A stretch of 64,000 nt of DNA, from positions 1-64,000 of the forward strand of contig JAQGDQ010000600.1 in assembly GCA_030141605.1 (NCBI GenBank), in the 5' to 3' direction. Below the pieces are notes generated by a model. That model was not told where the DNA came from and made no database searches. It saw nothing but the letters and a program-made list of their open reading frames with translations. Of the stretch, positions 59,599-64,000 are shown in pieces (the stretch's first letter is position 1; each line of letters starts with the position of its first letter). The position numbers and the translations under genes were made by a program. Source of the stretch: Tubiluchus corallicola. Taxonomy: Eukaryota; Animalia; Priapulida.

Positions 59599-61633
59599 AG
59601 ATAATTAGACCTTGGATCGTAATTTTATATTCCAATAACTATTGTATCAGTAATAATAATAATGTTGTTATTCACCTTAGTGTCACCCCTGCGGTCGCAT
59701 TAATCATTTCTGTATCCTCATCACGTACAGAGACGCACCGTTTAGCGATGGTGTTTTACGAGACTAATAATAGCGATATTAGGTATTTCTATCAAGGTCA
59801 TTTCGCAGTGCTTTCAATAAACAGACTGTCGCTGTTTACACCAAACTCGACTTTTATTAATCGACTTTTGTTTAACTACCTGAGTCTTGCTTTTAACTTT
59901 AATCAATGAGTTCATTTATTATGCACAGTCGATCATTATTTTTGGTTGATTTCGTATCGTGAAAATTTAAAAAATTCAAGGCATCTCAGCGAGCATTTCA
60001 ACACAGTTTCGCCATTATTTTCGAGGTGTTCAACAGTCAAACCATTCTGTGTATATATGTGCATTACAACTCGCTTGTACTACTTTCTGCCACTATAGTA
60101 GAATTGTGGAGATAAAATGAAGTCACTCTACATTTTCAGTTTACATAAAAATGGAAAAAATTACAATTTCATTGTATCCCTTCCACTCACGGTCAAAAAT
60201 GTTTCTAAACCGCCATTTAGAATCTTAATCAGTTGTTATTATGGTATTATATCTCAAACTCAACAAGTCTACCAATGAAATCATTTTTATAAAACATTTT
60301 TATTGGCCATTTTTCACAAAGTAGGCGCCTGCGCTTTTGAAACGGTAAACAGTTTAATAAAAATGTTGTCCTTCGCTGAGTAAAAATAACTCATGGATAC
60401 AATACCTAGAATTTATAAATAGGAATACTTCGAAACGGTCAAGGTCTGTAGGAGCTGCCAGAAATTAACGTAGATTTACATATAGGCCTATTCATAGAAT
60501 CTATAAATGAACAGATCATTGCTCTATACTTACCTGCCCAAAGGGAAGAAAGGGGAATTTCAAAATTGTGTACATTCCAAAGAACAATCCCTGCAAAGCT
60601 ATTTTACTCAGTATTACGCTTATCTGTTTGAAAGATTTTTGTAATTGAAAAAGAAAATTCTTAATAAATTGAAAATTTTCGTGCTATCTAAAATGACACT
60701 CCATGGCTATCCCAGCGTGCACCACTGATTCACCAGAAAACACATTGTTGATCTTACTGACAATATATAGAAATTTAAATTAAAAGCTTAGTTAGTGAGG
60801 ACGGATGCTCTGATTATACATTACATCAATGTTATGTAAACTAGTTTCAAACGACTTGAAATTAAAAGACTGTCGTCTCTTAGCGGTCATCTCAAGAATT
60901 GAAATTTATTTGAAGTATTATTTGACGTTACTGATAAATTGCTATTACAAGCTTTGTATGCAATAACACAGAATGTAAGTGATGTAAAGTTTCAAGACAA
61001 TTTTCAAGCTTTATTTATGCATGAAAAGTGTTTTCTTGTGCTTTAAACAACTTTATAATGTTGTCTCCTGAATATTGTTTATGTATTTCTATTGCAGTGC
61101 ATTTCTAAGGTTAATCTCCCAATCATTCATAAATCAATTATCCTCCGTTAATTGATCATCATAAATTACTCATTATTTTCAGTTTATCACTTCGATCTGA
61201 CCTTTAAAAAGCCTATAAATTGGTCATCTTAAGTGTAAATATGTTAATCTTTTAACCTTGGGGTTAACTCTTTCCACCCTCATTTGCAAATCACTCATTC
61301 CCTGCTGAAAAATAATTAAACTCAAATGACATCAACACCACACATAAACAACAACAAAAGACAAACAACTGCAAATCATACAATCTACAACAGCACACAC
61401 ATACAAAATGACCACCACATGAAAACGGTCACTGGGGAGGCATCGAGAAAGATTCAGATTTTGGTCCCTACTCCCTAAGTTAGTTGAATACCAATGGAAA
61501 TGATAACTAAGTTAATAATTTTGTTTGAATTAGGAGTCATATTAGCAATAACACTGGGAAACAACTGCTCGTCATATGTGCCTACCAGCTAAGTTAAGCA
61601 ACCCCGAATTTGACCAGTAAAATTAAAAGGAAA

Positions 61634-61884
<251 letters not shown>

Positions 61885-63379
61885 CTTTTATTCGTATGAA
61901 AATTTTATTATATATCAATGTAGTTTTAGTATAAGTAATTAATACAATGAAAAATCATTTTTGTTAGTAATTAAAAAACAAAAAATGCTCAAATTAATTC
62001 ACATATCGTTGCTTAGACATTCATAAAATGCTTTTTTAACTTTTCTTTTCACGCTAAAATTAAACCATAAAGTACAACCATACTTTATTCTTAAATAAAC
62101 ATCTGAGTCATTCATAAAATGCCACATTTTTTACGTGATTCGGAATTTTGAATTCTTCTAAAAAATCCAAGTTTACGATTGCCAATGAAAATAGGTGACT
62201 GTTGGTGAAAAAACGGCATCTGACGATTTCATTAGTCATGTTATCCTCACTCAGTGTGGGATTTATCCCCTTAAGGGAGTAGGTATGAACCGAAATGGAT
62301 AATGTAAGTCTGCCAATCGATGCTTTATCTTAAAGCAATGGTTCTCAACCTGTGGGATTCTTTCCACGAGGGAAAATTGGGAGGGTAAATGAAGTTAGAG
62401 ATTTGATGTCCCAGAATTCTACATATTGTACGTAGGTAAATGCAAGTACAAAGGTCAAGTATAAAAACTATCCCAAGTAAAATATGACCGAGTTTTCCTG
62501 GTAATAAACAAGTTCCGGGCCTGCCGCACAGGACAAGAAATTTTTGTAAAATTTCTGATTTTAAAAAAATCGTCTTGAAATATTTTTACCATTTGCCTGC
62601 TCTCTTATTGCATACAGAGCTTGTATGCAGTAACTCTATAAAAAACTAGTGAATTTAAACTCCCGTGATGACCGTTAGGTGCAGCCATATTAACATGCTA
62701 AGTCACTTGAAAAAAGTTCAAGTACATCGTGTAAAGTTTGGAAATATAATCAGAGCATTCGTAGCATATTTGTCACCAACTAAGCAAAGTGCAAATTACT
62801 TTATCTTGTTAATAAGATCAATAATATGCTTATTGTTGAGCCAGTGGTGCACACTGGGATACAGCGATGTTTTACTAGTTGGCGCGAATATTTTGCATTA
62901 TTAAGACATTTTTTTCGATTACAGTCTTTCAAACAGGTAAGCCCAGTGCTAAGTAATGTAACTTTGTATGGAAAGTTATTGGGATATAGGGCCTTAAAAT
63001 TGCCTTTTCTTTCTTTTTAATTCAGACCGCGAGTCACGTGATATCACGTGAAACAAACTAACATTATCGGGTGAGATCGTTTTTTTTATTATTTTTATTT
63101 TATTATTATTATCACATTCAGTACAATATAATGACATTAAGCACGCAGTGACATCAAAATTTTATTACATCATACTTTATTAAATTCTTATGTTTCATAC
63201 ACTATCGTTATCATAAAAAAGAATAATTGTACTGCAGTGGGCTAGAGAAGCAAAGGCTTGTATAAGCCCACTGTCATGTGAACCCGATAAAAAAAGAATG
63301 GATGAGTGAACAAAAAAAAAGAACTGGGAGAAAGGTTAGATCACACAGGAAGGGTAGAAGGATGTGTTAGTGAAAATGG

Positions 63380-64000
63380 TAGGAAGAAAGATAATAGATT
63401 GTGCGATGTTTACATCAGCTCTAAAGATTTATCAATGATGCCTTGTTTTGTATAATCTGTACCAGGATTGTGGTATGACTGCTACAGTAGGTGTAGGATA
63501 TTAGGAAGTGTTGTACTTGTTGAGAATCATTGCTCTGTATTTCTCTTTAAATTTTTGAATTGGCTGAACAGTTTTTAATTCATCATTTATATCATTCCAA
63601 AGCCTTTTGTACAACCTTCACCTATTCATGTAGTTGGAATACTTTATTTACAACAAATTTTTATTATGCCTTCGACTAATTCATGAATTATTGATTTTTA
63701 ATAAGCAACATCCTCGATTGGTCATCATTTTTAACTTTTCGCTTTGACATGGTTTTAATAAAGTCTAAAATATTTATTGTTCCCTTAATCTTTATTGCCT
63801 CAAGATTTTTATCAAGGATTTTGCGTAAATGTGATTTAAAAAATCCTTTAAGCATTCTCACTTAATAAACTCACGAAAACAATTAAACGCTTCAAAGAGT
63901 TTATATTTTATTTCTCATCTTTGCAACTTAGGCGATAAGTCTTCATTGTACAATCAGAAATACTTGGACAGTCGTCCAACAGATGGCAGCATCCGCAGCC
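63380..64000 (-). mobile_element. Probable highly degenerate LINE fragment
   Basis: A-rich, stop-riddled coding-like composition on the minus strand reminiscent of the LINE ORF2 linker region; no clean motif. Confidence 0.3.

Overview
AT-rich, microsatellite-dense genomic DNA from an animal, probably an invertebrate (GT-AG introns, LINE/MITE debris; the taxon cannot be determined). Most ORFs in the supplied track are microsatellite artefacts. Manual splicing on the minus strand gives five multi-exon genes for secreted proteins. (1) A ~325-aa protein (934-5331, candidate first exon to 6931) whose 1/0/0/0 intron phases, signal peptide and amphipathic segments resemble class I long-chain helical cytokines (IL-6/GH/prolactin/Unpaired type); it also has a long acidic insert ending in an REKR furin site. 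(2,3) A tandem duplication (~12-14 kb per unit) of a CAP/SCP/PR-1 gene with a PTTED mucin-like stalk and an Arg/Trp-rich cationic tail. Copy A is open but lacks most of the conserved His/Glu tetrad; copy B keeps the tetrad but has a 1-nt frameshift. (4,5) Two paralogous low-complexity secreted proteins with alternating Tyr/Arg/His/Gly and poly-Asp blocks and identical exon architecture. The rest is hAT, piggyBac and pogo/Tigger non-autonomous elements with visible TSDs, degenerate LINE fragments (including one head-to-head pair of 3' ends), minisatellites and long microsatellites. All gene models are hand-spliced and family assignments rest on remembered motifs, not database searches.
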